This document shows, piece after piece, positions 48,836 through 59,588 of a stretch of 64,000 nt of DNA. The DNA comes from Candidatus Omnitrophota bacterium (lineage in GTDB: Bacteria > Omnitrophota > Gorgyraeia > Zapsychrales > Fredricksoniimonadaceae). The notes under the pieces were generated by a model. That model did not search any database. It saw only the letters and a list, made by a program, of their open reading frames with translations, and was not told the DNA's origin. The position numbers and the translations under genes are program-made. The stretch's first letter is position 1, and every line of letters starts with the position of its first letter. The stretch lies in the NCBI GenBank assembly GCA_903860135.1, contig CAIOPG010000017.1:11364-75363 (forward strand), in the 5' to 3' direction.

Positions 48836-49279
48836 TCACTGCCGGACTGGATCAACCGGCAAATTTGCGCGCTGGGCTTCAAGGCCGGCACGTCGGAGTT
48901 CATTGGTCATTTGACCCAACTTGATCTGCAATGCCGCTTTCTCAAGCCCCGAGGCCTGTATCTCCTTGCGCAAAGTGTTCTCCTGCCAACGGCCCTGTCG
49001 CTCCACCTTCTGGATATCCGCCTTGAGCACCTTGTTTTCTTCCTTTGTTTTATCCATCGACTCCTGAAGCCTTGCCAGCCTGATCTGTGTAGCCTGAAGA
49101 TCTGCCTCCAGCTTCTTGACACGGTATTCACCGCGCTGGAGTTCTTCTTCTGCGCTCATACGGCCGTACCTTTCCTGTTCCAATATCCGTGTGATGTCCG
49201 TATTCTCACGGCCAAAACGGATCAACAGAAAAATACTCACACCCGCCACAAGAAAGAAAAAAAATAATGCCTTCTTCAA
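48836..49279 (-). CDS. Membrane-anchored coiled-coil protein (hypothetical)
   Basis: N-terminal TM (ALFFFFLVAGVSIFLLI) followed by heptad-rich coiled coil. 147 aa. Confidence 0.5.
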   Translation of the reverse strand: MKKALFFFFLVAGVSIFLLIRFGRENTDITRILEQERYGRMSAEEELQRGEYRVKKLEADLQATQIRLARLQESMDKTKEENKVLKADIQKVERQGRWQENTLRKEIQASGLEKAALQIKLGQMTNELRRAGLEAQRANLPVDPVRQ

Positions 49280-49317
49280 AGGATATTCCTCAAAAACACC
49301 CCGGCAGGGGCAACAGT

Positions 49318-50589
49318 TTAGCGCACAATGATCTCGTTACGATCAGAGCCGATAGAAATATACTTGATCGGCACACCCACAAGTTCCTCGATCCGCTCGA
49401 GGTAAGCGCGTGCCTTGGCAGGAAGTTTCCGGTATTCACGGATACTGCCGACCGGAGACTGCCAGCCAGGCATCTCCACATAAACAGGCTTGGCCTTGCA
49501 CAGCACTTCATAATCATGAGAAAAATCCTTAAAGATCTTGCCCTTGTACTTATACGCCGTGCAAAGGCTGATGGTCTTTAACTCGTCAAGCACGTCGAGC
49601 TTCATGATCGCCAGCTCGTCAAATCCACCCGTCACCGCCGCGTAACGCACCAGGACACTGTCAAACCATCCGCAGCGCCTTGCCCGGCCGGTGGTGGCAC
49701 CAAATTCCTTGCCCTTGGTGCGGATCTCCTCTTCCATCTTGCGGTCAAATTCCGTCGGAAAAGGCCCCTCGCCCACACGGGTGGTATACGCTTTCACCGC
49801 GGCAATGATCTTGTCCAGCTTTGTGGGAGCCACACCACTGCCGGAAGCAACGCCACCGACGGTTGTATTCGAGGACGTCACGTACGGATATGTCCCGAAA
49901 TCTATGTCGAGAAAAGCCCCCTGCGCCCCTTCAAAGAGAACTGATTTCTTTCGCGCAATAGCATCATTCACATACAACGCCGTATCGCAAACATACGGCT
50001 TCAGGCGACGGGCATAGCGCGTGTATTCATTATAGATATCGTCGATTGTAAAACCATCCTGGGCAAAAACCTTCTTGAAATACTCATTCTTCTCGCGCAG
50101 GTTATCTTCCAGCTTGGCACGGAACACGCGCGGATTAAGCAGATCCACCATACGGATGCCGCAACGCGTCACCTTGTCGGCATAGCAAGGGCCGATCCCC
50201 CGGCCGGTGGTGCCGATGCGGTGCTCGCGCATTTTTTCGCGCAGACCGTCGAGCACCCGGTGATACGGCATAACAATATGGCTGTTGACGGCAATCTTCA
50301 ACTGTTCGGGCGCGACCACAATGCCGCGCTTCTTGAGGCCATCGATCTCCTCGAGCAACGCTTTAGGGTCAACCACCACGCCGTTGCCGATCACACACAC
50401 CTTGCCACTGCGCAAGATCGCCGATGGCAAAAGATGAAAGACATAGTGCTCTTTGCCTACAATAACGGTATGACCGGCATTGCTACCGCCCTGATAGCGC
50501 ACCGTAACATCCACATCTTTGGAAAGGATGTCAATGAGTTTGCCCTTTCCTTCATCACCCCACTGAGCACCAACCACAACAATATTCAT
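49318..50589 (-). CDS. purA: Adenylosuccinate synthetase
   Basis: Start set at MNIVVVGAQWGDEGKGK, the conserved PurA N-terminus. The upstream in-frame extension in the ORF track is an artifact. Confidence 0.9.
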   Translation of the reverse strand: MNIVVVGAQWGDEGKGKLIDILSKDVDVTVRYQGGSNAGHTVIVGKEHYVFHLLPSAILRSGKVCVIGNGVVVDPKALLEEIDGLKKRGIVVAPEQLKIAVNSHIVMPYHRVLDGLREKMREHRIGTTGRGIGPCYADKVTRCGIRMVDLLNPRVFRAKLEDNLREKNEYFKKVFAQDGFTIDDIYNEYTRYARRLKPYVCDTALYVNDAIARKKSVLFEGAQGAFLDIDFGTYPYVTSSNTTVGGVASGSGVAPTKLDKIIAAVKAYTTRVGEGPFPTEFDRKMEEEIRTKGKEFGATTGRARRCGWFDSVLVRYAAVTGGFDELAIMKLDVLDELKTISLCTAYKYKGKIFKDFSHDYEVLCKAKPVYVEMPGWQSPVGSIREYRKLPAKARAYLERIEELVGVPIKYISIGSDRNEIIVR

Positions 50590-50603
50590 CAGGCATTCCT
50601 TTG

Positions 50604-51293
50604 CTAAAACCTGTTGTAAAAAAAGTACACAAGTGCGCATCCCGACGCCAGATAAAAAGCCGACAGGATGATCAAAACCAATGACCGCTGGCGCGCGGGG
50701 AAGTTCTTCGCGCAAACCCGGATCACAAAAAAAGACACAAGCACCGCTACCGATGCCGCATTACGGCAGATCTCATAAAACACAAGACCTGTCAGCGAAT
50801 CCCAAAGCCTGCCCGGCAAGAAGACCATCGAAGACTGCCACTGCGCCTGAAAACCCGTAGGCCACACATAAGCGATCGCCACAAGCCACAACGCCGAAAA
50901 GGTGCCGATAAGGCCAGCAACTCCCCGGCTGACAGAAATACATCCCACGCATAAGGCAAAAGACGCCGTGCCATCACGTCTCAACAAATGCCACTGGTGC
51001 CAGAACAAACCGCCCGCCAGCACGAAACCAACCCCACAAACCAGATAACTGATGGTTGTTAAAAGCTTGAACAGTGGCGCGCCTGTCATATAAGCACCAA
51101 GGCCAGCCTGTAAAACAATCCCCCAGAAGATAAGCACAACCGCAAAATTCAGGACATACGCCTGAAGCACATCAAGCCGCGTTTTCCTTAAAAGAAGCAA
51201 TCCTAATGCCAGCACCCCGGCTGTTGCCAAATGGGTCGGCGCGAACGACTCCTGCATACCGACAGCAAAAAATACCGAAAGATCAAACCCCAT
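50604..51293 (-). CDS. Polytopic membrane protein, hypothetical
   Basis: About 7 hydrophobic segments. No recognisable motifs. Confidence 0.5.
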   Translation of the reverse strand: MGFDLSVFFAVGMQESFAPTHLATAGVLALGLLLLRKTRLDVLQAYVLNFAVVLIFWGIVLQAGLGAYMTGAPLFKLLTTISYLVCGVGFVLAGGLFWHQWHLLRRDGTASFALCVGCISVSRGVAGLIGTFSALWLVAIAYVWPTGFQAQWQSSMVFLPGRLWDSLTGLVFYEICRNAASVAVLVSFFVIRVCAKNFPARQRSLVLIILSAFYLASGCALVYFFYNRF

Positions 51294-51298
51294 GGCCT

Positions 51299-52891
51299 TC
51301 AGACTTTCAGCATTTTAACAAACTGAATACCAGTAACGGCCCTGAGCGCTTCAATGACCGCGGCAGGCATTTCACCATCGACATTCACAACGCTGACCGC
51401 TGTCGCACCTTCTTTTTCACGTCCGAACGTTATATAGGCAATGTTGATGCCCGCATTGCCGAGCGCCGTCCCAACGGCACCGACGATGCCGGGAATATCC
51501 TTGTTACGGATGAAAAGGATATTCCCTGAAGGAACAGCCTCGACATAAACATTATTGACTTTAACAATACGCGCCTGCTGGTTCGAAGAAAGCGTCCCCC
51601 AAACCTCAAGGCGCTCCTTGTCGGTCACAAGCTCGAGCGTCACCGCATTGACAAACTCACCCTCGGCATTCGAATGGACCTCTTCAAGGTTGATCCCGCG
51701 CTCCTTGGCAATGTCAATGGCGTTGATCGCATTGACATTATCCGCCAGGATCGGCTTCAGTACCCCATTAGCCAGCGCCATCGTTACCGGCAATGCATTG
51801 TATTTCGACAGGATACCGCTGTAAGTGATCGTGATGGCCTTAAGCCCGCCATTCACCAACTGCCCTGCGAATTTGCCCAGCTTATCGCCGAGATCAATGT
51901 AAGGCTCGAGCACCTTGAAAGATTCCGCATCGAGCGACGGGAAATTGGCCGCATTGCGGATACCTTTGCCCAGAAGCGCATCCTTGACCGTATAAGCGAT
52001 CTCGATAGCCACATTCACCTGGGCTTCTGCGGTCGATGCCCCCAAATGCGGGGTCAATACACAGGCGTCAAACTTGAGCAGTGGCTGATCAGCAGCCGGA
52101 GGTTCCTCATCATAAACGTCAAGCGCCGCACCGGCAATCCGCTTGGACTCCAGAGCCTGCACCAGGGCCGCCTCATCAATGATCCCGCCGCGCGCACAAT
52201 TGACAAGACGCACCGACTTCTTCATAAGATTAATTTCTTTTTCACCGATCATGCCCTTGGTTGTGTCGGTCTTGGGGACATGCACCGTGATAAAATCTGA
52301 ATTCTTGAAAAGATCCTCGAGCGGTGACATCACGATGCCCCGCCGGGCAGCCATTTCCGCCGAAAGGAACGGGTCATACGCCTTGATCGTCATCCCGAAA
52401 CCCTGCGCGAACTTGGCGACCGTTGAGCCGATACGGCCAAGCCCGATCACGCCCAGTGTCTTGCCGTAAAGCTCGACACCCTGAAACTTCCCGCGTTCCC
52501 ATTTGCCGGCCTTCATCGACCCGTGCGCCTGCGGAATGTTACGCGCCAGCGCCATGATCAGGCTGAACGTATGCTCGGCCGTGGATGTGGTGTTCCCGCC
52601 AGGCGTATTCATCGCAATAATGCCCCGCTTGGTCGCGGCCTTCAGATCCACATTGTCAAGCCCCACCCCGGCCCGGCCAATGACCTTAAGCCGGGTCGCC
52701 GCATCAATGATCTCGGCTGTGACTTGCGTACCCGAACGCACAATAAGGGCATCATAACCGGCAATGATCTCCTTGAGCTGTTCAGGCTTGAGGTCATAGC
52801 GGCAATCCACCTCGAAAGCCTCCGCTTCTCTAAGAATGCTGAGGCCTTCCTCGGCGAGTTTATCGCTGACTAATATTTTCATCTTGGTCAT
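51299..52891 (-). CDS. serA: D-3-phosphoglycerate dehydrogenase
   Basis: 2-hydroxyacid dehydrogenase NAD motif (GVIGLGRIG) plus a C-terminal ACT domain. 530 aa. Confidence 0.9.
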   Translation of the reverse strand: MTKMKILVSDKLAEEGLSILREAEAFEVDCRYDLKPEQLKEIIAGYDALIVRSGTQVTAEIIDAATRLKVIGRAGVGLDNVDLKAATKRGIIAMNTPGGNTTSTAEHTFSLIMALARNIPQAHGSMKAGKWERGKFQGVELYGKTLGVIGLGRIGSTVAKFAQGFGMTIKAYDPFLSAEMAARRGIVMSPLEDLFKNSDFITVHVPKTDTTKGMIGEKEINLMKKSVRLVNCARGGIIDEAALVQALESKRIAGAALDVYDEEPPAADQPLLKFDACVLTPHLGASTAEAQVNVAIEIAYTVKDALLGKGIRNAANFPSLDAESFKVLEPYIDLGDKLGKFAGQLVNGGLKAITITYSGILSKYNALPVTMALANGVLKPILADNVNAINAIDIAKERGINLEEVHSNAEGEFVNAVTLELVTDKERLEVWGTLSSNQQARIVKVNNVYVEAVPSGNILFIRNKDIPGIVGAVGTALGNAGINIAYITFGREKEGATAVSVVNVDGEMPAAVIEALRAVTGIQFVKMLKV

Positions 52892-52921
52892 ACAATGCTC
52901 CTGGGATGGCCTTCGTTGAAA

Positions 52922-54061
52922 TTAAGCATTTAATACTTTTTGAGCTGCCGCAAGGCTGGCGCCCAATTCAAATTTGTGTCCGGCTTCTTTAAGAACTTTC
53001 TCAAGGCACGCCAATCCGGTCAAGATATCATACTCATCGACCGCACCCATATGGGCGATACGGATAGCCTTCCCGTCAAGATCGCCCTGGCCTCCGGCAA
53101 ACGTGATCCCGTGCGTATCGCGCATGATCTTGACGATCTTCTTGGGATTGAGCGCCTCAGGGATAACGATCGCTGTCAACCCGCGCGAACGGTAATCCGG
53201 CTGGGCATAAACTTTAAGGCCAATGGCCTCGACCGCCGCCCACACAGCCTGCGCCATCTTGAGGTAGTACGCCTGTTTCTTTTCAATACCCGCCGCCAGG
53301 AGCATCTTGACAGCCTCATTGAGGGCGATCACAATCCCGATCGCCGGTGTGAAAGGCGTGTCCGTATCCGCCAGCGCCTTACGGCACTTGCGCAGGTCAA
53401 AATAAAAACGCACATTCGACGACGTTTCAAAAAGCGCGATGGCTTTGGCACTCGCCGCCACAATACCAACGCCCGGCGGCAGCATCAGCCCCTTGTGCGA
53501 TCCGGAACAAACCACGTCCACGCCCCATTCATCCATGCTGATCGGTTCAGTCCCCAGCGCGCTCACCGCATCGACCACCAGCGCCGTTGCCGTCGCACGC
53601 GTGACCGCCGCGATCCCCTTAAGATCCGGTGTAGCCGATGTCGAGGTTTCGCACTGCGTGATAAAGATGGCTTTCGCATCCGGATGCTCGGTCAGCGCGG
53701 CCTTTACCTCATCGGGGGTGATCGTCCGGCCCCATTCGATCTTGAGCGTCACGGCGTTAAGCTTGTACGCCTTGGCCAACGCGGCCCAGCGTTCGCCGAA
53801 CTTCCCGTATTCCACGGTGATCACCTTGTCGCCGGGAGAAGCGATATTAGCAACCGCCGCTTCCATCGCTCCGGTACCTGATGATGCCAAAAGATAAACG
53901 TCACTCGTGGTGCCGATCAATTTTTTCAAGCCTTCAAAAAGTTCCTTCAACACCTGCTGGAACTGGGGGGTGCGGTGATGGATGATCGGACGTCCCAATA
54001 CCTCGCATAATTCAACAGGGACTTTTGACGGCCCCGGGGTTAACAGCAGATTTCTTTTCAT
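52922..54061 (-). CDS. Class V aminotransferase (phosphoserine/serine-glyoxylate aminotransferase-like)
   Basis: Family similarity throughout (LLTPGPSKVP…). Adjacent to serA, which suggests a role in serine biosynthesis. Confidence 0.75.
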   Translation of the reverse strand: MKRNLLLTPGPSKVPVELCEVLGRPIIHHRTPQFQQVLKELFEGLKKLIGTTSDVYLLASSGTGAMEAAVANIASPGDKVITVEYGKFGERWAALAKAYKLNAVTLKIEWGRTITPDEVKAALTEHPDAKAIFITQCETSTSATPDLKGIAAVTRATATALVVDAVSALGTEPISMDEWGVDVVCSGSHKGLMLPPGVGIVAASAKAIALFETSSNVRFYFDLRKCRKALADTDTPFTPAIGIVIALNEAVKMLLAAGIEKKQAYYLKMAQAVWAAVEAIGLKVYAQPDYRSRGLTAIVIPEALNPKKIVKIMRDTHGITFAGGQGDLDGKAIRIAHMGAVDEYDILTGLACLEKVLKEAGHKFELGASLAAAQKVLNA

Positions 54062-54101
54062 GTGATTTCCTTTCTATCACTTTCTTTATAAAACTTCCGC
54101 A

Positions 54102-54698
54102 TCAACGGACAATAGCGGGAACAACCGCATCAACAAGCCCATAATCCTTGGCTTCCTGGGCTGACATGAAAAAATCGCGGTCAGAATCCTTGAGGATCTT
54201 TTCCAGCGGCTGCTTTGAATGCCGCGCGATGATCTCGGACAGGTTCTGTTTCATCCTCAATATCTCCTGGGCCTGGATCGATATATCACTCGCCGTACCT
54301 TCCGCCCCGCCCCACGGCTGGTGGATCATGATACGGGCATTGGGTAGTGCGAAACGCTTTCCCGTGGCTCCCGCCGTCAATAACACGGCGCCCATGCTGG
54401 CCGCCTGACCGATGCAATAGGTGCAAACCTTGGGTTTCAAGAACTGGATCGTGTCATAGATCGCCAGCCCCGCCGTAACAGAACCACCAGGAGAATTGAC
54501 ATAAAGGCTGATATCCTTGTCCGGATCATCCGACTGAAGGAACAACAGCTGGGCCACGACCAAATTGGCCACCACATCATCAATGGCCGTACCCAGAAAA
54601 ATAATACGGTCCTTGAGCAGGCGAGAAAAAATATCATAAGAACGCTCGGCATGACCGGTGCTCTCGACGACCATAGGAACCAGTGTGGCGCGTGTCAT
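54102..54698 (-). CDS. clpP: ATP-dependent Clp protease proteolytic subunit
   Basis: Ser-His-Asp triad context ([11 protein letters not shown]; HQP). Start set at [12 protein letters not shown]. Confidence 0.9.
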   Translation of the reverse strand: MTRATLVPMVVESTGHAERSYDIFSRLLKDRIIFLGTAIDDVVANLVVAQLLFLQSDDPDKDISLYVNSPGGSVTAGLAIYDTIQFLKPKVCTYCIGQAASMGAVLLTAGATGKRFALPNARIMIHQPWGGAEGTASDISIQAQEILRMKQNLSEIIARHSKQPLEKILKDSDRDFFMSAQEAKDYGLVDAVVPAIVR

Positions 54699-55591
54699 GA
54701 TTTGGCATCCTCCCATTTGGCTTCCTTTAACAAAAAGTCCATCACCTTGGCCGAAAGATTTTCACTGGCAGACGCGTCGATCTTTTCTATCTCGGCAATG
54801 GCACGCAAGATCAGGAAGGCCCGCACATCTTTCTCTGCTGAGACCCTGAGGTCCTTGGAAGCAGACTCCGCCTTCTTGGTGATATCCTCGTCCTTCATGC
54901 CGTAGGTCTTCAGGCGGCGAAAGAATTCTTCCATACGCCCTTCAAGCTGACGGTCGACCAGCGACTGAGGAACATCAAACTTGCTCTTGCCAATAAGGGC
55001 ATCAACCAACTGCGTTTCTGTATCATAATGATTCTGGCGTTCTTTTTCAGTTTCAAGATTCTGACGTACCGCTTTCTTCAAATCTTCAAGGGCAGGAAAG
55101 CCGACATTCTTCGCAAAAGCATCGTCTATGGGCGCATTTTCATCGGTCCCGCGGCCTTTCTTGAAAAACTCAAGGCTTTTGGTCACATCATCGTCGGAAA
55201 CATCCGCTTTCTTGCGGGTGAGCGTAATCCCCTTGTAATCTTTCACCTCGACAACAGGCCGCAGATCAAAAGTGGCCCGGAACACCAACGCACCATCTTT
55301 AATTTCGACCTGGTCGATCGCGGGAAAATCGATCGGCTCCAGTTTTTCAGCGGCAATGCATTCCTGATAAACTTCAGGGATCAATTTCTTCATCATTTCT
55401 TCACGCGCCAGATGGCCATGCGTGGAGGCTACCAGGTTGCGCGGCGCCTTGCCCGGACGGAAGCCCTTGATATTGGCATGACGGACAAGCTCCTTCATGA
55501 CCTGCTCCAATTTTAACTGCACACGTTCCGCGGGCACCTCGACCTGCATTTCACGACGAAGCGCATCCAGTTTCTTGACAGAAATATTCAT
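54695..55591 (-). CDS. tig: Trigger factor, short form (N-terminal ribosome-binding plus C-terminal domain, PPIase domain apparently absent)
   Basis: N-terminus aligns with TF (…[12 protein letters not shown] vs GFRKGKVPMNIV). Only 298 aa, against about 430 for canonical TF. Confidence 0.7.
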   Translation of the reverse strand: MNISVKKLDALRREMQVEVPAERVQLKLEQVMKELVRHANIKGFRPGKAPRNLVASTHGHLAREEMMKKLIPEVYQECIAAEKLEPIDFPAIDQVEIKDGALVFRATFDLRPVVEVKDYKGITLTRKKADVSDDDVTKSLEFFKKGRGTDENAPIDDAFAKNVGFPALEDLKKAVRQNLETEKERQNHYDTETQLVDALIGKSKFDVPQSLVDRQLEGRMEEFFRRLKTYGMKDEDITKKAESASKDLRVSAEKDVRAFLILRAIAEIEKIDASASENLSAKVMDFLLKEAKWEDAKS

Positions 55592-55710
55592 AAATACAAC
55601 ATGCTCCTTTCAACATAGAATTTTCGGGAAAAAACCATCATAAATGAAATATATTTAAAAGCAACCACTTATTAGACGATAACAGCCCCCGGTCCATGCC
55701 GCCCGGGTTA

Positions 55711-56433
55711 TCACATGGAAAACTTTTCCCCAAGATACACCTTGCGGGCCTTGGGGTCATTGATAAGATCCGCGGCACTGCCCGCGATCAAGATACGCCC
55801 TTCAGCCACAAGATAAGCGCGGTCAACGATCGCAAGGGTCTCACGCACATTGTGATCGGTCAACAGGATCCCGAGTCCCCGTTTCTTGAGGTCCCGGATG
55901 ATCTCCTGCGCTTCGGCCACAACGATCGGATCTATGCCCGAAAAAGGTTCGTCGAGCAAAATGAACGACGGCTGGGTCACCAGCGCCCGCGTGATCTCAA
56001 GGCGGCGGCGTTCTCCGCCTGAAAGCGTATAAGCCTTACTGCGTGCCAGATGAGAAATATTCAATTCCTCGAGCAACGACTCCAGGCGGCGCTTTCTTTC
56101 CAGCGGCCCGATGTTGAGCGTTTCAAGCACGGCCATGATATTCTCCGCCACCGTGAGCTTGCGGAAAATAGATGGTTCCTGGGCCAGATACCCCATCCCT
56201 AAGCGACAACGCGCATGGATGGGCTTCGCCGTAATATCCTCCTGATCAAAGAATATCTTCCCCTCATCCGGCGCCACTATCCCGGCTGCCATATAAAACG
56301 ACGTGGTCTTGCCAGCCCCGTTGGGCCCCAGTAACCCGACGATCTCCGAACGGCCGACCGAAAGGCTCAAGCCGTTAACCACCCGGCGGCCATTATATAT
56401 CTTTACCAGATCCTTCAATTCCAGAAGATCCAT
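55711..56433 (-). CDS. lptB: LPS export ABC transporter ATP-binding protein
   Basis: Walker A GPNGAGKTT, the ABC signature (LSGGERRR) and Walker B (ILLDEP). 240 aa. Context includes Kdo genes. Confidence 0.85.
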   Translation of the reverse strand: MDLLELKDLVKIYNGRRVVNGLSLSVGRSEIVGLLGPNGAGKTTSFYMAAGIVAPDEGKIFFDQEDITAKPIHARCRLGMGYLAQEPSIFRKLTVAENIMAVLETLNIGPLERKRRLESLLEELNISHLARSKAYTLSGGERRRLEITRALVTQPSFILLDEPFSGIDPIVVAEAQEIIRDLKKRGLGILLTDHNVRETLAIVDRAYLVAEGRILIAGSAADLINDPKARKVYLGEKFSM

Positions 56434-56442
56434 GCCATCCCC

Positions 56443-57297
56443 TCAATATTTCAAGATATCACGCGACGAGCGGTCGCCGGGATCAATGAGAAGCTTTGGT
56501 TTTCCTGTCAAGATCATGCGCTGTTCATCCGCCTTGTAGACAAGATTATCCGAATACGTGATATTCTGCCCCTGGTGCACTTCTACATTACCAGTACAAA
56601 CGATCTCCTTGATCTTCTTTGAATCTTCATCAAACACCACCTGCATACGATCGGCTTTAAGCCGGCGCCCTGATGAAAGCTCCAGCGCCTGAACATTCTC
56701 GCTGAAGACTGCCGACTGAGAGGCCTGATCAACTTCCATGGGACCATCAGATGTGATCTGGATACGGTTGTCTTTGGTCTTATCCTTGGTATCGGAAAGA
56801 ATATTGGCGGTCACATCCCGTTTGAGTTTGGCTTCTTTGAGATTTGGATGCGCTTCAAGCCCCTGCCCCTGGACCGTCATGTTTGTATCCTCAATGCTGA
56901 CCTTGTCATTGGTCTGGACCAGGTCCTTGCCGCGCTGCCATTCTAGGGTATCCGTTTTAAGTGTCGCGCCACTCTCGGCGGTAATCACCACATTATCCTC
57001 AAGATTAACATTGCCTGTCGTCTTGTCAATATTCCCTTTCTTGGCCTGCATATTCAAATCCTGATCACCGTAAGAATTCGCGTTGACATTCGTGACCGCG
57101 ACCTGGTCTCCGTTAACATTCGCCTTGTCGCCTTTGATGTCCCAAGACTTTCTGCCACCTTCGGTATAGCCCGAAAGATTAAAGCCTTCGAGTTCCTGCG
57201 TGGGAATATTCTGCGCAGTGCCGGTGACAACATCTGCCGCTGAGGCAGCAAATGAAAAGAAAAACAACGCCATCAAACAAAAGAAGCTACGCCTCAT
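56443..57297 (-). CDS. OstA-like periplasmic LPS transport protein (LptA/LptC family)
   Basis: Signal peptide, then a repetitive β-jellyroll-like sequence. Sits between kdsC and lptB, as lptC/lptA do in other bacteria. Confidence 0.6.
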   Translation of the reverse strand: MRRSFFCLMALFFFSFAASAADVVTGTAQNIPTQELEGFNLSGYTEGGRKSWDIKGDKANVNGDQVAVTNVNANSYGDQDLNMQAKKGNIDKTTGNVNLEDNVVITAESGATLKTDTLEWQRGKDLVQTNDKVSIEDTNMTVQGQGLEAHPNLKEAKLKRDVTANILSDTKDKTKDNRIQITSDGPMEVDQASQSAVFSENVQALELSSGRRLKADRMQVVFDEDSKKIKEIVCTGNVEVHQGQNITYSDNLVYKADEQRMILTGKPKLLIDPGDRSSRDILKY

Positions 57298-57797
57298 TCA
57301 ACACCCCAGCGCCCTTGAGCCTTAAGGATTTTTTCAACCGCCTCGCGCACCGCGCCGCGGCCGCCCCTGCGGCGTGTAACATAGTCAGCGACCTTCTTTA
57401 TTTCCGGAGCCGCATTGGCCACCGCCACAGCAAACCCGGCACGCGACAAGACCGCATGGTCAGGAAAATCATCGCCAATAAAACAAACCTCTTCATCAGC
57501 AACATTGAACGTCTTCAACAGATCCTCATAAGCATTGATCTTGGGTGACGCATCCAGATAAACTTTATCGATCTTAAGATCCGCCATCCGCGCCTTGACC
57601 GCCTCGGCACTGCGGGCGGAAATGACAGCCGTCTTCAAGCCTTCCCGGCGGGCACGGGCAATGGCATAACCATCCTGGACATCAAAGAACTTCAGCTCCT
57701 TGCCGGTGCCGTCATAAATGATACGGCCATCTGTCATGACCCCGTCCACATCCATGGCGATTACCTTGATCTTTTTAAGGCCGTCCTTCTTCATCAT
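57294..57797 (-). CDS. kdsC: 3-deoxy-D-manno-octulosonate 8-phosphate phosphatase (HAD-IIIA)
   Basis: VIAMDVDGVMTDG…FIGDD KdsC/HAD motifs. Confidence 0.8.
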   Translation of the reverse strand: MMKKDGLKKIKVIAMDVDGVMTDGRIIYDGTGKELKFFDVQDGYAIARARREGLKTAVISARSAEAVKARMADLKIDKVYLDASPKINAYEDLLKTFNVADEEVCFIGDDFPDHAVLSRAGFAVAVANAAPEIKKVADYVTRRRGGRGAVREAVEKILKAQGRWGVE

Positions 57798-58756
57798 CGC
57801 GCCAACCCCGCTTTCAAAAGATCCTGCACATCCAGGAGTCCGGTCAACTGCCCCTTGCCGTTAACAACAGGCAGTTCGTCCACTTTCTTCTGCATCAGGA
57901 TATCAAAGGCTTCGGCCGCCAGACGGTCACCTGAAATCGTCTGCGGATTCTTTGTCATGACCTTCCCCACAGGTCTGGTGAGGATCGCCGCATCTTCCTC
58001 GATGTGGCGGCGCAAGTCCCCGTCGGTAAATATCCCGACAAATTTCTGCCGTGCGTCGACCACACAGGCCGAGCCACAGCGCGCCTGCGTGATCGATAAA
58101 AGCACATCTTTGACCAGATCCGTATCGCGCACTTTGGCAAAATGACTGCCCTTGCGCATGATATCCTCGACCGTCAACAAAAGCCGCCGGCCAAGACTTC
58201 CCCCGGGATGGAAAAAAGCGAAATCTTCGCGCTTGAAATTCTTGCGGTCCACCAGGCAGGCGGCCAAGGCATCGCCCATGGCCAGGGTTGCCGTCGTCGA
58301 CGCCATTGGTGCCAGCCCCAGCGGACAACCTTCACGCGCGACACTCACATTGATAACAAGATCGCAATGCCGGGCCAGCGGCGACTTCAATCCGCCGGTC
58401 ATGGCGATCGTCTTACAGCCGATCTTTTTTAAAAGCGGCAGAAGTTTCACGGTCTCTTCCGTCTCTCCGCTGGAAGATATCAGAATAACCACGTCATCGC
58501 GCGTAACCTGCCCGAGATCGCCATGCGACGCTTCAGCGCTGTGCATATAAATGCTGGGAGTCCCGGTCGATGAAAGTGTTGCGGAAATCTTGCGGGCAAT
58601 AATACCGGTCTTGCCCATGCCGGACACGATCACACGCCCCGCGCACGCGGCCATGATGTTGACCGCCTCGGCAAAATCCTGATCGAGATGCTTGATGAGG
58701 GCCTTAACAGCAGTGGCCTCGATCTCTAAAAGTTCCTGCGCACGTTTTAATGGCAT
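57794..58756 (-). CDS. kdsD: Arabinose-5-phosphate isomerase (SIS plus tandem CBS)
   Basis: KpsF/GutQ family similarity. SIS domain (VSGMGKTG) and C-terminal CBS pair. Confidence 0.85.
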   Translation of the reverse strand: MPLKRAQELLEIEATAVKALIKHLDQDFAEAVNIMAACAGRVIVSGMGKTGIIARKISATLSSTGTPSIYMHSAEASHGDLGQVTRDDVVILISSSGETEETVKLLPLLKKIGCKTIAMTGGLKSPLARHCDLVINVSVAREGCPLGLAPMASTTATLAMGDALAACLVDRKNFKREDFAFFHPGGSLGRRLLLTVEDIMRKGSHFAKVRDTDLVKDVLLSITQARCGSACVVDARQKFVGIFTDGDLRRHIEEDAAILTRPVGKVMTKNPQTISGDRLAAEAFDILMQKKVDELPVVNGKGQLTGLLDVQDLLKAGLAR

Positions 58757-58757
58757 A

Positions 58758-59588
58758 TCACTTGAGCCCTTTCACAACACGGTCAATGGTGATCATGGTG
58801 GCCAGCAAGGGTTCGAGCTTGGCAATAGGCAGCATATTCGCCCCGTCAGACAACGACTTGCGCGGATCCGTATGCGTCTCCATGAACACGGCATCAACAC
58901 CTGCCGCGACCCCGCACCGGGAAAGAAGCGGAATAAATTCACTGCGGCCTCCTGTGGCATTCCCCAGACCGCCCGGCTGCTGAACGCTGTGGGTCACGTC
59001 ATAGACCACCGGATAACCGGTATCGGCCATGATCGACAGACCTGTAAAATCCGTAACCAGATTGTTATAACCGAACGTGACCCCGCGCTCTGTCAACAAT
59101 ATCTTCGTAGAGCCGGCGGCTTCGGCTTTTTTAACAACAGATTTCATGTCCCACGGCGCCAGGAACTGCCCCTTTTTAATATTAACAACCCGACCACTGC
59201 GCGCCGCGCGCACCACCAGCGACGTCTGGCGGCACAAGAACGCCGGGATCTGGATGATATCCAGAACCTTCTCAGCCAGATCGATCTCGGCGATATCATG
59301 CACATCGCTGACAACAGGCACATGGAAACGTTCCTTGATCTCGGCCAGGATATCCAGCCCCTCTTCAAGCCCCGGACCGCGGAACGCATCGATCGACGTC
59401 CGGTTGGCCTTGTCGTAACTGGCCTTAAAAACATAAGGGATACCCATGCGGCGCGTGAGCTTGACGAGATCACCGGCCATCTTGATCGTGGAACGGCGGT
59501 CTTCAATGACACACGGCCCCGCGATAAGAACAAAAGGCGCCCCGCCGCCAAAAGTAACACCTCCGACTTTGACAATGCGTTTTTTCAT
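58758..59588 (-). CDS. kdsA: 2-dehydro-3-deoxyphosphooctonate aldolase (Kdo8P synthase)
   Basis: FVLIAGPCVIE N-terminal signature. Confidence 0.9.
   Translation of the reverse strand: MKKRIVKVGGVTFGGGAPFVLIAGPCVIEDRRSTIKMAGDLVKLTRRMGIPYVFKASYDKANRTSIDAFRGPGLEEGLDILAEIKERFHVPVVSDVHDIAEIDLAEKVLDIIQIPAFLCRQTSLVVRAARSGRVVNIKKGQFLAPWDMKSVVKKAEAAGSTKILLTERGVTFGYNNLVTDFTGLSIMADTGYPVVYDVTHSVQQPGGLGNATGGRSEFIPLLSRCGVAAGVDAVFMETHTDPRKSLSDGANMLPIAKLEPLLATMITIDRVVKGLK

Noticed and set aside
49318-50715. N-terminal ~42-aa extension of purA, and similar extensions of cdsA, clpP and GHL10
   Set aside because: These are ORF-caller maximal extensions to upstream in-frame Met/GTG. The conserved family N-termini start at internal Met codons.
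52940-53881. 313-aa plus-strand ORF
   Set aside because: Antisense shadow of the class-V aminotransferase.
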